Source: Myxococcales bacterium (GTDB lineage: Bacteria > Myxococcota_A > UBA9042). Taken from it: DNA of 41,134 nt. The translations under genes and the position numbers were made by a program. The notes below the pieces were generated by a model that saw only the letters and a program-made list of their open reading frames with translations, did not search any database and had not been told where the DNA came from. Of this stretch, positions 7,726 through 16,780 are shown one piece after another. Where the stretch lies: contig JBBISH010000051.1 in NCBI GenBank assembly GCA_037441385.1, forward strand, positions 1-41,134, read 5' to 3'. Each line of letters begins with the position of its first letter. Within the stretch, counting starts at the first letter, position 1.

Positions 7726-8579
7726 TGCAGCTCCATCTCCACCGAGGTGGTCAGTCCCGACTGCACCTTGACCTTGACTTCGCGGCGCAGGTCCAGGCGC
7801 TTGTTTTCAAGCAAGATCGTATGGTTGCCCGGCGACGTGGGGTGAGCAAAGACGGGAGTCGTCTCGCCCAAGGGCACCCCGTCCAGGCTGACCTCGGCAC
7901 TTGGCGAACTGTCGATGAACAGATAGCCGGACTGGCCAGCACTCCCGGCCGGCCCTTCGTACGCGATCGGCCCGGCAACGCGCAGCGCAACCAGCCGCAG
8001 CACCTCGATGAAGCGCGCATAGCGCCGGTCGGCGAGCATGTCCGGATCCGCCACCAGCAGACTGCGGTCCTGGTCGCCCAGGCGGAACGACAGCTCAAAA
8101 ACCGGCACCGTCGACTGGTTCGGACCGTGCGCAGCGTCGTCGCTGGCCAAAATCGGTGGGGCAGCCTTGCGTTTGCCCTTGCCTACCCGCGGTTTCGGCT
8201 CTGCGGGCGGGGGAACTGGCGGCAGTTGCAGCGCACCCAAGTCGCGCAAGTACCCCAGCACGCGCCGCAAATCCGCCTTGGTCAGCAATTCCGTGCGCGT
8301 CACCACGTCGGTACGGCCCATGTAGCCGCGCACATGCGAAATGACGCCGGCCGGTCCGCGACTGGTCAGTTCGTACGCCAGGTACTGAAAGGGGCCCGGG
8401 TTGGCTCGCAACTGCACGCGCGCCCACGCGCCGTCCAGCTCGGCATCGGTCGGCAGCTGGGTAGAAGTCACCTCGGCCGGCAGCACCGGCTCTTCGGCGG
8501 CCAGCACAGGTAGCGGCCGCGTGCCCAGCAGCAGGGCCAGCACGGCAATGGACCAAGCCGCGTGCGGCAAACTACACAT
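7722..8579 (-). CDS. Secreted PEGA-domain protein
   Basis: Signal-like N-terminus (AAWSIAVLALLLG) and C-terminal PEGA motif GYLFIDSSPSAEVSLDGVPLGETTP...PGNHTILL...VKVQSG. ATG at 8579 overlaps the upstream gene end. Confidence 0.8.
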   Translation of the reverse strand: MCSLPHAAWSIAVLALLLGTRPLPVLAAEEPVLPAEVTSTQLPTDAELDGAWARVQLRANPGPFQYLAYELTSRGPAGVISHVRGYMGRTDVVTRTELLTKADLRRVLGYLRDLGALQLPPVPPPAEPKPRVGKGKRKAAPPILASDDAAHGPNQSTVPVFELSFRLGDQDRSLLVADPDMLADRRYARFIEVLRLVALRVAGPIAYEGPAGSAGQSGYLFIDSSPSAEVSLDGVPLGETTPVFAHPTSPGNHTILLENKRLDLRREVKVKVQSGLTTSVEMELQ

Positions 8580-10176
8580 CGGCCCCCGGGGCGGCGGTCT
8601 TGGCGTTGGCGGCTTCGGCAGGCGCGGCGGTCGGTTCCGTCTCGGGCGCAGCTTCGGCCGGCGGGGCGGCCGCGTCCGCGGGAGCGGTCGCTTCTGCGGG
8701 CACCGCCATGCCGCGATTCGACGGCGAGCGCCGCGGCGATTCGGCCGCAACTGGCCGCTCGCCTCCACTGGGCAAGCGCGGACTAGACGGCGAGCGCGCA
8801 CTGCGCAAGTGCGGATCGGTGATCCGCCCATCAAACTCCACCCCCGCATAGCGACCGGTCGGCCGGTTCACGGGGTCCGCCGGTGCGCCCGCCACAGCCA
8901 CGTCGCGCGATTTGGCCCGCTCGCCGCGCAGGCGCTCGACCGCCCGGCACAGGTAGCTGGCCGTCTCTGCCACTGGCGAAAGCGGTGCAATGTCCGATGC
9001 TTTGGCCGCGTGATCATTCAGCTCCGGCGACAGCAGCCGCACCAGGGTGGGTACGCCGATCTTCCGATCGCTCATCAGCAAGCCCACGTGCAGATTGACC
9101 GCGTCGCTATTGGTGAGCGCCAGCACGGCGCCCGCCGACCAGGCCGAGGCCAGCGTCAGCGTCTCGTCTACGGTAGCGTCGCCCACCACCACCGCCATGC
9201 CCAGCGACCGCAGGCGCTGCACGTTCTTGTGGTGCGAGTCGCGCTCGATGACCACCACCTTCAGGTTGCGCTGGTGAAGCAGCTCGGCCACGCGCGAGCC
9301 GATGCTGCCCGCGCCCAGAATGACCACGTGATCACTTAGACTTACTGGTGTTGCGGGCGCCGCAGTGCCCAGGCGCAGGGGCAGCAGCCAGTCGATCAGC
9401 AGCGCCACGCCCGCCACCATCGCCACGCGGTCGAGCACGGCCACCGTCAGCGCCAGCGCCGCGACCTGGTTGGTCCGCAAGATGGCGTCCAGCCCGGCGA
9501 TGTGCATCCCGGTCAGCAGCGAGGCCAGCACGCCCAGCGGCCCCAAGACGACCTTGGCGTGGCCCCCCTGGAACTGGGCAATCGCCAGTGCAGCCGCCAA
9601 GTTGCCCAAGGCCGCCGCCGCCACCACGCCCCACAGAGCCGCCCGTGCGCGCAGCCACGCCGGCTTGGGCCGCACCGCATGGGGCACCGAGCGCGGTTGG
9701 CTCAGCATCTGCAGCGCCAAGTCCGCGGCCACGGGCGCAATCACCGAACCCATGGAGTAGGGTTCGACGTGCGGCACCGACATGCGCAAGAAACGGACCA
9801 AGGTGGGGTCCGAAACCCGCACCAACACCGGCACATCGGGCGATTGCCGGCGAATCAGCAGGCAGGCGTCCACGTTGCCCGAGTCATTGTCGGCCGCCAG
9901 CACCACCGCGCCGATCGACGCAAAATCCAGGCGCGCCAGATCGCTGTCCAGCATCGCCGAGGCGGCCATCACGTCTACGCCCAGGGTGTGCAACTCCACG
10001 CCGTGGCGCGCGACTTCGGCCGGCGTCATCAGCGCCCGCACCGGCAGCCCCAACGCGTGCAAGCGGTGGACAACCGCCACGCCCACATGACCTAACCCAG
10101 CGACCACAATCGGCATACCGCTACTGGGCGGGGCCGTCTTGCCGCTGCCAGCAGGGGTGGGTGCAACTTGAGGCAT
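8572..10176 (-). CDS. Membrane protein with two TrkA-N/RCK (NAD-binding) domains; potassium-channel-like architecture
   Basis: Two Rossmann motifs (VVAGLGHVG, VILGAGSIG), VVVGDAT and TNSDAVNL, separated by hydrophobic helices. ATG at 10176 lies just after the upstream stop. Confidence 0.8.
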   Translation of the reverse strand: MPQVAPTPAGSGKTAPPSSGMPIVVAGLGHVGVAVVHRLHALGLPVRALMTPAEVARHGVELHTLGVDVMAASAMLDSDLARLDFASIGAVVLAADNDSGNVDACLLIRRQSPDVPVLVRVSDPTLVRFLRMSVPHVEPYSMGSVIAPVAADLALQMLSQPRSVPHAVRPKPAWLRARAALWGVVAAAALGNLAAALAIAQFQGGHAKVVLGPLGVLASLLTGMHIAGLDAILRTNQVAALALTVAVLDRVAMVAGVALLIDWLLPLRLGTAAPATPVSLSDHVVILGAGSIGSRVAELLHQRNLKVVVIERDSHHKNVQRLRSLGMAVVVGDATVDETLTLASAWSAGAVLALTNSDAVNLHVGLLMSDRKIGVPTLVRLLSPELNDHAAKASDIAPLSPVAETASYLCRAVERLRGERAKSRDVAVAGAPADPVNRPTGRYAGVEFDGRITDPHLRSARSPSSPRLPSGGERPVAAESPRRSPSNRGMAVPAEATAPADAAAPPAEAAPETEPTAAPAEAANAKTAAPGADV

Positions 10177-10178
10177 GA

Positions 10179-11429
10179 TCAGACCGCGCTGCTCCGGCCA
10201 TCCAGGTGCGCCAGGCATTCGTAGATTTCCACATCGGTCAGGGTGGCGTCGCCCTGCTTGGCGCGTTGCAGCACCGCGTGGACGCGCTCTTCGGTGGGCT
10301 CTAGCTCGTGCTCGATGAGCCACACTTCCACGTTGGCCTTGCCGCTGTAAAAGCCGATGTCGATTCGCTGCTTGCAGCCCACTTCGTGAGCCGGCACCGA
10401 GCTGTACACCGCGTCGGCCAGATCGCGGCGCCCGGCCTTCAGCGCTTTGGCGATGGCCGCCGCATGGACACCCGTGGCGGTGCGGAACGCGTCGACGCCG
10501 AACGCCGGGTAATTGTACGGCACGGGCACACCGTAGTGCTTCGAGACCAGGTCGACGTAGTGATGCAGTTCGTGCAAAGGCTGCTGCCACACACCCAACA
10601 GCCGTAGATTCAACAGAATCTGGTCGATCGACGCGTTGCCCACCCGCTCGCCCACGCCCAGGCAGGTGCCGTGCACGCGGTCGATGCCGAACTCCAAGGC
10701 AGACAGGCACAGCGGCACGGCCAGCGCGCGGTCGTTGTGCCCGTGCCAGTCCAGGGCCACCTTCGCCCCCGTCTCGGCGACGACGCCGCGCGTGAATTCC
10801 AGCAAGTTCCAAAGCCCATCTGGAGTTGCGTGCCCAACCGTATCGCAAAGGATCAAGCGCGTCGCGCCGTGATCGATGGCCGCCTTGAACAGTGTGCGCA
10901 GCGTCTCGGGATGCGAGCGAATGGTGTCTTCCGTGACGAACGAGAACGGCAGGCCGTTCTTGACCGACTGGTCCGCCGCCGCCACCACCAGCTTGGTCAT
11001 GTGGGCCACGTCCCAGTTTTCGACCAACTGGCGCACCGGCGAGCTGCCCAAGAATGCGCAAACCTCGATGCTCACACCAGTTTTCTGCGAAATGTCGACG
11101 ATGGCCTGAATGTCGGCGGCGTGCGTGCGGGCCGCGCAATTCGGCTGAATCTTCATGCGCTGGTCTCGGATCTCTTCGACCAGGCGCGTCACGTCGGCCA
11201 CGGCCTGCGCTCCGGCGCCCGGCAGCCCCACATCGGCCACGTCGATGCCCAGCCGCTCCATGCTGTGCAGAATCGCCAGCTTGTGCTCGATGTGCGGGTT
11301 GGTGATCGACGGCGACTGAATGCCGTCGCGCAGCGTCTCGTCCACCAGCTGGAAGCCCGGCGCGATCGGCGCCGTGTTGCGCTTGACCTCGTTCCAGTCG
11401 TAGATGATGTCCTGGTTGCGCAGCTGCAT
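10179..11429 (-). CDS. LeuA/homocitrate-synthase family DRE-TIM enzyme (2-isopropylmalate synthase-like, no C-terminal regulatory domain)
   Basis: DETLRDGIQ, LCDTVGHATP, WHGHND, GVGERVGN and TGVHAAAI. GGAG RBS before the ATG at 11429. Confidence 0.85.
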   Translation of the reverse strand: MQLRNQDIIYDWNEVKRNTAPIAPGFQLVDETLRDGIQSPSITNPHIEHKLAILHSMERLGIDVADVGLPGAGAQAVADVTRLVEEIRDQRMKIQPNCAARTHAADIQAIVDISQKTGVSIEVCAFLGSSPVRQLVENWDVAHMTKLVVAAADQSVKNGLPFSFVTEDTIRSHPETLRTLFKAAIDHGATRLILCDTVGHATPDGLWNLLEFTRGVVAETGAKVALDWHGHNDRALAVPLCLSALEFGIDRVHGTCLGVGERVGNASIDQILLNLRLLGVWQQPLHELHHYVDLVSKHYGVPVPYNYPAFGVDAFRTATGVHAAAIAKALKAGRRDLADAVYSSVPAHEVGCKQRIDIGFYSGKANVEVWLIEHELEPTEERVHAVLQRAKQGDATLTDVEIYECLAHLDGRSSAV

Positions 11430-11576
11430 GAACGGCTCCACGGGAGGAAGGGCGACGAGGGGCGGCGGCCTCTGGCACGGCAGGGCGCCAAGGTGCGGAT
11501 TTTAGCACAGTCGCCAGCCGCGTACACAGCCATGACAACAAGGTCGCACCCGTCAAGTGCAACCTTCTGGGCAGCG

Positions 11577-13850
11577 CTATTTGAGCGCAATCGAGCGGAG
11601 CAGAACGACCTGCTTCTCGCGCAGGGCCGCGATCTTGACCTCGTTTTCTACAAGCTTCTTGGCTACTTCGGCGGCCTTCTTGGATGCGACCTCCAACTGC
11701 CCCACCAACTGCCGGCGCAAGTCGGCGGCCACGGCGCCGGCCGGCAGCGCGTCCAAGTTGCCCTGGATGCGCCTCTGCTCGTCGTCCAGCACGGCGCGCT
11801 GACTGTCTAGACCCTTGCTATCCCTTTGGATATCACCAATTTGCGCGCGAATCGCCAACAACTGCTGGATCGGCCCCTTGACCGCGTCGTCGACCTTGGC
11901 GCCCTTGAGATACAAGGCCATTGCATCCGCAGCGCGATCGGTTACATCCAGTTCCTCGTACGAAACCGGCGACTCTTCTACGATCTTGGTCTCGCCCTTG
12001 CCTTTGGCGGGCATCGGCACCGGCACGTACCAGTCGCTGCCCGCCTTGATGAATTCCTTGGGCGGGTCGCGCAGCGTCATGTTGGCGGTGGCGCTGGTCT
12101 TGACGTAGGCCAGGCCCGGCTTGCCCGAGTTGTTCTCGACCGTAAAGGTGCGAATGTGCAGCTGTTTGCCTTCGATGCGAATCCGCCCATCCAGCACGGT
12201 GACCAGCTTGAGCTCGTCGGTCCGGTCTTCGCTGGTCTGGCTGACCGTGCTGCCCGACTCGCGCGCATAGGGCACAAACGCCACCTCGCCCTTGGCAATG
12301 TGGCCCACAAAGCCCTCGCCCGCGAAAGTACCGTCGATGTACAGGGTGATCGGCCCGCCCTCTAGCGCACCGGCGCCTGGCCCGGTGGCGTCGTTCTTGA
12401 GCATCACGGCCCGGTACGGCGGCTGGCTACTGCTGGGCTCGCGGAACAGGTACACGTCGCGCCCTTCCAGGTGACGGTTGAGGATATTGATCAGCGCCGA
12501 CGAGCGGTCTGGCACGGTCACCGGGTAGCTCGCCTCGTAGGCATACAGCGCGCCCACTTCTTTGCCCGTGACCAGCGCCTGCACGTTCTTGATCGCCTCG
12601 TCGCGCTTCTGGCGCTCCTCTTCCTCGTCGTTGCCCACGGGCGCCGCGGCAAGGGCTTTGGCGCCGCGCTTCGCCTTGAATTTGGCGTCGTCCTTGCCCA
12701 CGCGCCCTTCGCCCAATCCGCCACCGCCCGCCCCGGTGCCGCTCAGGTCGAGCGTGGGTTCTTTGGGCATTTCGCGGCGCTTGTAGTCCTCTTCCGCGGG
12801 TTTGGCGGCAGGCGCCATGCTTGGGGCCGGCGGAGGCATGGCCGCAGCTTCGGCCGCGGGTGCATCGGCCGGCGCAGCATCGAACCCCGAGTCCGGCGAA
12901 GGCGGGGCCACGGCCTCTTGCGGCAAACGCACCGACAGATCGGGGCGCGACACGTGGTGAGCGGTGTGCAAGTCGTAGCGGAACGACAGCGGCGCGCCCA
13001 CCACCAGGCTCAGGTTGACCTTGTTCCAGTCCTCGCCGCTGGTGTTGTCGACGACCGCCCAACCCTGCAATTGCAAACCTTTGCCGCTCTCGACCCACGC
13101 GCGGTAGGCCGGGCGCCACACCGGCACCTCGTGGATGTAGCTGATCAGCAGGTCGTGGGTCTTGTCGCCCGCCACCCGCACCTGCAGCGACACCGGCTTC
13201 CAAGCGCCCTCGCGCTTGCTGACGTCCAGGCTCTGCTTCAGGCCCACCGACAGGGCCCGGTCGCCGATCGTGACCTTCTTGATCGCGTCGACGTGCACCG
13301 GCACCAGCCGGTCTTCGCCCACCAGCAGCGTCACCGTCGCCGGTCGCGGCTTTTCGTCTTTGCCCACCGGCGGATTCTCGACGCCCACGACCCGGCCGGT
13401 CCAGCTGTCCGAGTTGGTCTCGACGGTGACGTCCGCGCCGCGCAGCACGGCCAACATGCCGATCATGCCCGTCGCGTTGCGCACCTGTGCGGGCAGGTCC
13501 GCCTCTTGGCGGTCGGCCGACTTCTCGGCCGGCAGCGAGATGGACGACGCGGCGCCACCCGAAAGATCCAGTACCGCCAACGACTTCAGCACGTCGTTGA
13601 CTTGGTCAGGCCGCACCCGCAGCTCCACGCTCTCTAGGTTGGTCTTGCCGCGCCGCTCGAAGTAGCCAACGCCGTTCTGGTAGAGCACGACCTTCTTGAT
13701 CGGCAGGTCGGCCATGGCCTTGGCCGGCGCAGTTGGCGGGTCAAAAATCCGGCACCCCGGCACGCCCGCCAGCAGTCCGACACCAGCGGCCATGGGCACC
13801 AGCCAGCGCTGGACCCGCAGGGTGTTTGTACCCAACCAAGGCAAAGCCAT
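11577..13850 (-). CDS. DUF4139/DUF4140-type lipoprotein
   Basis: AAGGAGG RBS, lipobox-like GLLAGVPG-C, LPIKKVVLYQNGVGYFERRG, PVWRPAYR, LQGWAVVDNTSGEDW..V.LSLV.G.P and a C-terminal coiled coil. Confidence 0.8.
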   Translation of the reverse strand: MALPWLGTNTLRVQRWLVPMAAGVGLLAGVPGCRIFDPPTAPAKAMADLPIKKVVLYQNGVGYFERRGKTNLESVELRVRPDQVNDVLKSLAVLDLSGGAASSISLPAEKSADRQEADLPAQVRNATGMIGMLAVLRGADVTVETNSDSWTGRVVGVENPPVGKDEKPRPATVTLLVGEDRLVPVHVDAIKKVTIGDRALSVGLKQSLDVSKREGAWKPVSLQVRVAGDKTHDLLISYIHEVPVWRPAYRAWVESGKGLQLQGWAVVDNTSGEDWNKVNLSLVVGAPLSFRYDLHTAHHVSRPDLSVRLPQEAVAPPSPDSGFDAAPADAPAAEAAAMPPPAPSMAPAAKPAEEDYKRREMPKEPTLDLSGTGAGGGGLGEGRVGKDDAKFKAKRGAKALAAAPVGNDEEEERQKRDEAIKNVQALVTGKEVGALYAYEASYPVTVPDRSSALINILNRHLEGRDVYLFREPSSSQPPYRAVMLKNDATGPGAGALEGGPITLYIDGTFAGEGFVGHIAKGEVAFVPYARESGSTVSQTSEDRTDELKLVTVLDGRIRIEGKQLHIRTFTVENNSGKPGLAYVKTSATANMTLRDPPKEFIKAGSDWYVPVPMPAKGKGETKIVEESPVSYEELDVTDRAADAMALYLKGAKVDDAVKGPIQQLLAIRAQIGDIQRDSKGLDSQRAVLDDEQRRIQGNLDALPAGAVAADLRRQLVGQLEVASKKAAEVAKKLVENEVKIAALREKQVVLLRSIALK

Positions 13851-13947
13851 CGCATCCTCCTTCTGGCGGCGCCCAGGGGGGCGCAGCTGCCTGTGCATCT
13901 CGCGTCGATGGTGAGCCGACTTGCTCGGCGGCGCAAGATGCCCAAGT

Positions 13948-14149
13948 TGTCCGAATTTCCGACAGAGCTGTGACGAAGCCGAGGCACTCGCGCGCGGCTC
14001 GACGGCGGCTGTCTGGAATTGCCGACACTTGCTGTCTGGATCTCCCGACAGCGGACTCGACGTGATGAATTCGTGGGAGTATTCTCGTTCCGGGAATTCC
14101 GACAACAGGCCTGTCGGGAAGCGGCGACAAGCGTCGCGGAATCCCGACA
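13948..14149. promoter_or_regulatory. Array of six TGTC-N9/10-GACA-like palindromic boxes (putative bacterial enhancer sites)
   Basis: Boxes at 13948-13964, 14010-14027, 14033-14050, 14087-14104 (GTTC left arm), 14112-14129 and 14132-14149 (CGTC left arm). All end in CGACA and lie 80-280 bp upstream of a -24/-12 promoter. Confidence 0.7.
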
Positions 14150-14227
14150 ACGGCGTGGAGGTGACGAGCTTTGTCAGGCAACTTGATGATAATGTTACGA
14201 ATTGACCAAGGTCAAGCGAGCCAAGGA

Positions 14228-14243
14228 TTGGCACACATCGTGC
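14228..14243 (+). promoter_or_regulatory. Sigma54 (-24/-12) promoter of the cytochrome operon
   Basis: TTGGCACACATCGTGC has GG-N10-GC spacing with a perfect TGGCAC -24 element. It is ~60 bp upstream of the RBS/ATG, and the operon encodes its own NtrC-family activator. Confidence 0.75.
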
Positions 14244-14304
14244 GAGGGCAAGAAACCGGTTGGGCTGCCCTGGGGAGAGTGACGCAACCGCTTCGGAGGA
14301 TCCC

Positions 14305-16104
14305 ATGCACCGAATCTTGGCCTGGCACCCTATCTTGGCCTGGCACCGTATCTTGGCCTGGCACCGTATCTTGGCCTGGCACCGTATCTTGGCCCGTCGA
14401 CACGCCGTCCGCCTTGCCATTCTTAGCTTTGTGCTCTGTGCGCCGGTAGGCATCGCGTCTGCCCTGGCGGCACCGGCCGACTCCAACGATCCCAAGTGGT
14501 GCCGCAACTGCCACCAAGAGCAGCAGTTTTCGGCCAAGACCCACAAGGCGTCCGCCCACGGCGATCAGACCTGCAGTGACTGCCACGCCGGCTACCAGTT
14601 CAACCCGCACGAGCCGGTTGAAGAAGTCAAAAGCGAGGCTGCAGACGCCCTGAAGAAGCGCGGTATGCGCCACCCCGAGCCGCTGGCGTCGTGCACCGAC
14701 TGCCACGACAGCCCCAGCGACGTGCCCGGCGCGATGCCCCACGGCAAGCAAAAAGACGGCCTGAAGGCCGGCCTGCCCTACTGCATCGACTGCCACGGCG
14801 ATCCGCACACCATCCAAAAGCGCGCCGACGTGCCCAAGAACGACTGGCGCAAGCACATGAACGAGCACTGCATCAAGTGCCACGGCGACGAAAACAAGAT
14901 GGCGCCGGTCAAGCAGCGCGCCGACGTGGTCGATGGCTACGAGCACACGATGCACTACACCAAGCTGACGTTGGGCTCGCCCGACGCGCCCGGCTGCGCC
15001 GACTGTCACCCGGTGCACCCGCCGCAGAGCGCCACCGAAACCGCTGCCCGCGCCGCGGGTCCGTGCGCCAAGTGCCACGAAGGCGCCGACAAGAACTTTG
15101 AGAAGTTGGCCAGCCACAAGGGGATTACGGCCGAGGATCGTCCCGTCTCGTTCTGGACCATTCGCTTCTTTGGCTGGCTGACCTTCCTGACGATCCTGGG
15201 TCTGTCGCTGCACGTGCTGTTGGACCTGGTCAACGTAATCCGGCGCTCGCGCCGCGAAGCCGAAGAGGGCAAGCCCGAGCATGACAAGCCCGTGGACACC
15301 GACAAGTTGGCCAAGGCCAGCGGCGGCCGCGTGGGCAAAGACGGCTCCGTGCTGCGCTTTGACGGCCAGCAGCGCGCAGCCCACGGTCTGATGGCTCTGT
15401 CGTTCTCGACCCTGGTCCTGACCGGCTGGCCGCTGAGCACGCGCGGCATCGGCGCCTCGCACAGCTTGGTAGCCCTATTTGGTGGCCTGCAGAAGCTGGG
15501 TTGGCTGCACCGCGCGGCGGCGATCGGCCTCATCCTGGCTGCTGTGATGCACTTGGTCTACTTGGTCCAGAAGGCGGCCCAGAAGAAGCTGCAGCCCACG
15601 ATGCTGCCAGCGCCCAAGGACGTGGTGCACTTGATGCAGAACCTGGCCTGGTTCCTGGGCTTTGCCAAAGACCGCCCGCGCTACGGCCGCTACACGTACT
15701 TCGAGAAGTTTGACTACTGGGCGGTGTTCTGGGGCTGCGTGATCATGGTGGGCTCGGGCGCGGTGCGCTGGTTCCCTAGCACGATCATGAAGTACGCCCC
15801 CGTCTGGCTGTACGAAATTGCCTGGTTCGCCCACACCGACGAGGCCCTGCTGGCGGCCCTGGCGATCTTTGTTTGGCACTTCTACAACGTGCACCTGCGG
15901 CCGTCGATCTTCCCGATGTCGTGGGTGTTCTTGACTGGCCGCATGAGCCTGCACGACTACGCCGAAGAGCACGCCGACGAGCACGACAAGTGGGTGCAAG
16001 AGGCCAAGAAGCAAGGCGAGGCGGTCGTTGCGGATCCTGCTCAGGCTCCGGCTCCGGCCGCGGAACAGACCCCGGCTGCCAAGCCCGAGGGAGGCGAAAA
16101 ATGA
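14305..16104 (+). CDS. CbcL-like multiheme cytochrome c fused to an FdnI/HydC-type cytochrome b membrane domain (putative quinol oxidoreductase)
   Basis: GGAGGA RBS, signal peptide and 7 CxxCH (CRNCH, CSDCH, CTDCH, CIDCH, CIKCH, CADCH, CAKCH). The membrane domain has QRAAHG, WLHRAAA, YTYFEKFDYWAVFWG and AHTDEALLAALAIFVWHFY. Confidence 0.85.
   Translation: MHRILAWHPILAWHRILAWHRILAWHRILARRHAVRLAILSFVLCAPVGIASALAAPADSNDPKWCRNCHQEQQFSAKTHKASAHGDQTCSDCHAGYQFNPHEPVEEVKSEAADALKKRGMRHPEPLASCTDCHDSPSDVPGAMPHGKQKDGLKAGLPYCIDCHGDPHTIQKRADVPKNDWRKHMNEHCIKCHGDENKMAPVKQRADVVDGYEHTMHYTKLTLGSPDAPGCADCHPVHPPQSATETAARAAGPCAKCHEGADKNFEKLASHKGITAEDRPVSFWTIRFFGWLTFLTILGLSLHVLLDLVNVIRRSRREAEEGKPEHDKPVDTDKLAKASGGRVGKDGSVLRFDGQQRAAHGLMALSFSTLVLTGWPLSTRGIGASHSLVALFGGLQKLGWLHRAAAIGLILAAVMHLVYLVQKAAQKKLQPTMLPAPKDVVHLMQNLAWFLGFAKDRPRYGRYTYFEKFDYWAVFWGCVIMVGSGAVRWFPSTIMKYAPVWLYEIAWFAHTDEALLAALAIFVWHFYNVHLRPSIFPMSWVFLTGRMSLHDYAEEHADEHDKWVQEAKKQGEAVVADPAQAPAPAAEQTPAAKPEGGEK
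14307..14394 (+). repeat. 18-bp tandem repeat (~4.9 units) encoding (HRILAW)n in the signal peptide
   Basis: Unit GCACCGTATCTTGGCCTG; units 1 and 2 carry single substitutions. Confidence 0.95.
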
Positions 16105-16691
16105 AGCGCATCGCCACAGTAGTCGCCCTGGTGACGCTGCTGGCTGCGGTCGCCTGGGGACTGGGGGGCCGCGGCGCCAGCGCCGAACATGCGGCACAGC
16201 CGACCAAAGCCAGCGCGGCCGCAGAGGATCCGGCCAAGGCGGCCGAAGCGGCCAAAGCCCGGCGCGCGGCCAAAATTGCCAAGTTGCCCTGCTTTGGGTG
16301 CCACAATTTCGAAGCTTTCCGCAAGGGGACCCCGTTCGGCCCGCCTCCTGCCGAGCCCCCCGCGGCGGTGACGCCTGCGGAAGCTGCGACCGTCGACAGC
16401 GATGCCGGCGGTCCCGCGGAGCCTGCCGCTCCCAACCCTGCCACCGCTGCTGGGCCCGCCTCAGCCGATGCGGCGGACGAAGGTGGGGCGGGAGCGCAGG
16501 CCCCGGTGGCGGCCACAGCCGCGGCGGACGAAGGCGAGGGGGCCGCGGCCGAAAAGGTCGAGCTGCCCACCGGTACGTTCTCGCATTTTGAACACGACGA
16601 GCAGGGCGTGGGCCACTGCCACAGTTGTCACGCGTTTCAGGGGCACTTCGAGGTCACGATTCGAACCAAGACGTGCGGAGGTTGCCATTAG
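16101..16691 (+). CDS. Periplasmic triheme c-type cytochrome (c7/c3-like) with long Ala/Pro linker
   Basis: ATGA overlap with the upstream gene, signal peptide MKRIATVVALVTLLAAVAW, and CFGCH, FSHFEH, CHSCH, CGGCH. Confidence 0.8.
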   Translation: MKRIATVVALVTLLAAVAWGLGGRGASAEHAAQPTKASAAAEDPAKAAEAAKARRAAKIAKLPCFGCHNFEAFRKGTPFGPPPAEPPAAVTPAEAATVDSDAGGPAEPAAPNPATAAGPASADAADEGGAGAQAPVAATAAADEGEGAAAEKVELPTGTFSHFEHDEQGVGHCHSCHAFQGHFEVTIRTKTCGGCH

Positions 16692-16780
16692 GCCCCAACC
16701 GGGGCTAGACAGACCAAGAGATTGCAGGGTGGGCCGGTCGCGCTGGGGAGCGTGGCCGGTCCAGGGAACTGGGGGACGGC

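Noticed and set aside
10177..11562. N-terminal extension of the 996-aa ORF (8572-11562) overlapping the LeuA-like gene
   Set aside because: Alternative-frame read-through typical of high-GC DNA; recognisable RCK sequence starts at ATG 10176.
14307..14394. Possible CRISPR array or tandem sigma54 promoters
   Set aside because: Units are contiguous with no spacers and no cas genes are present; GG-to-GC spacing is not N10, so they are not functional -24/-12 promoters.
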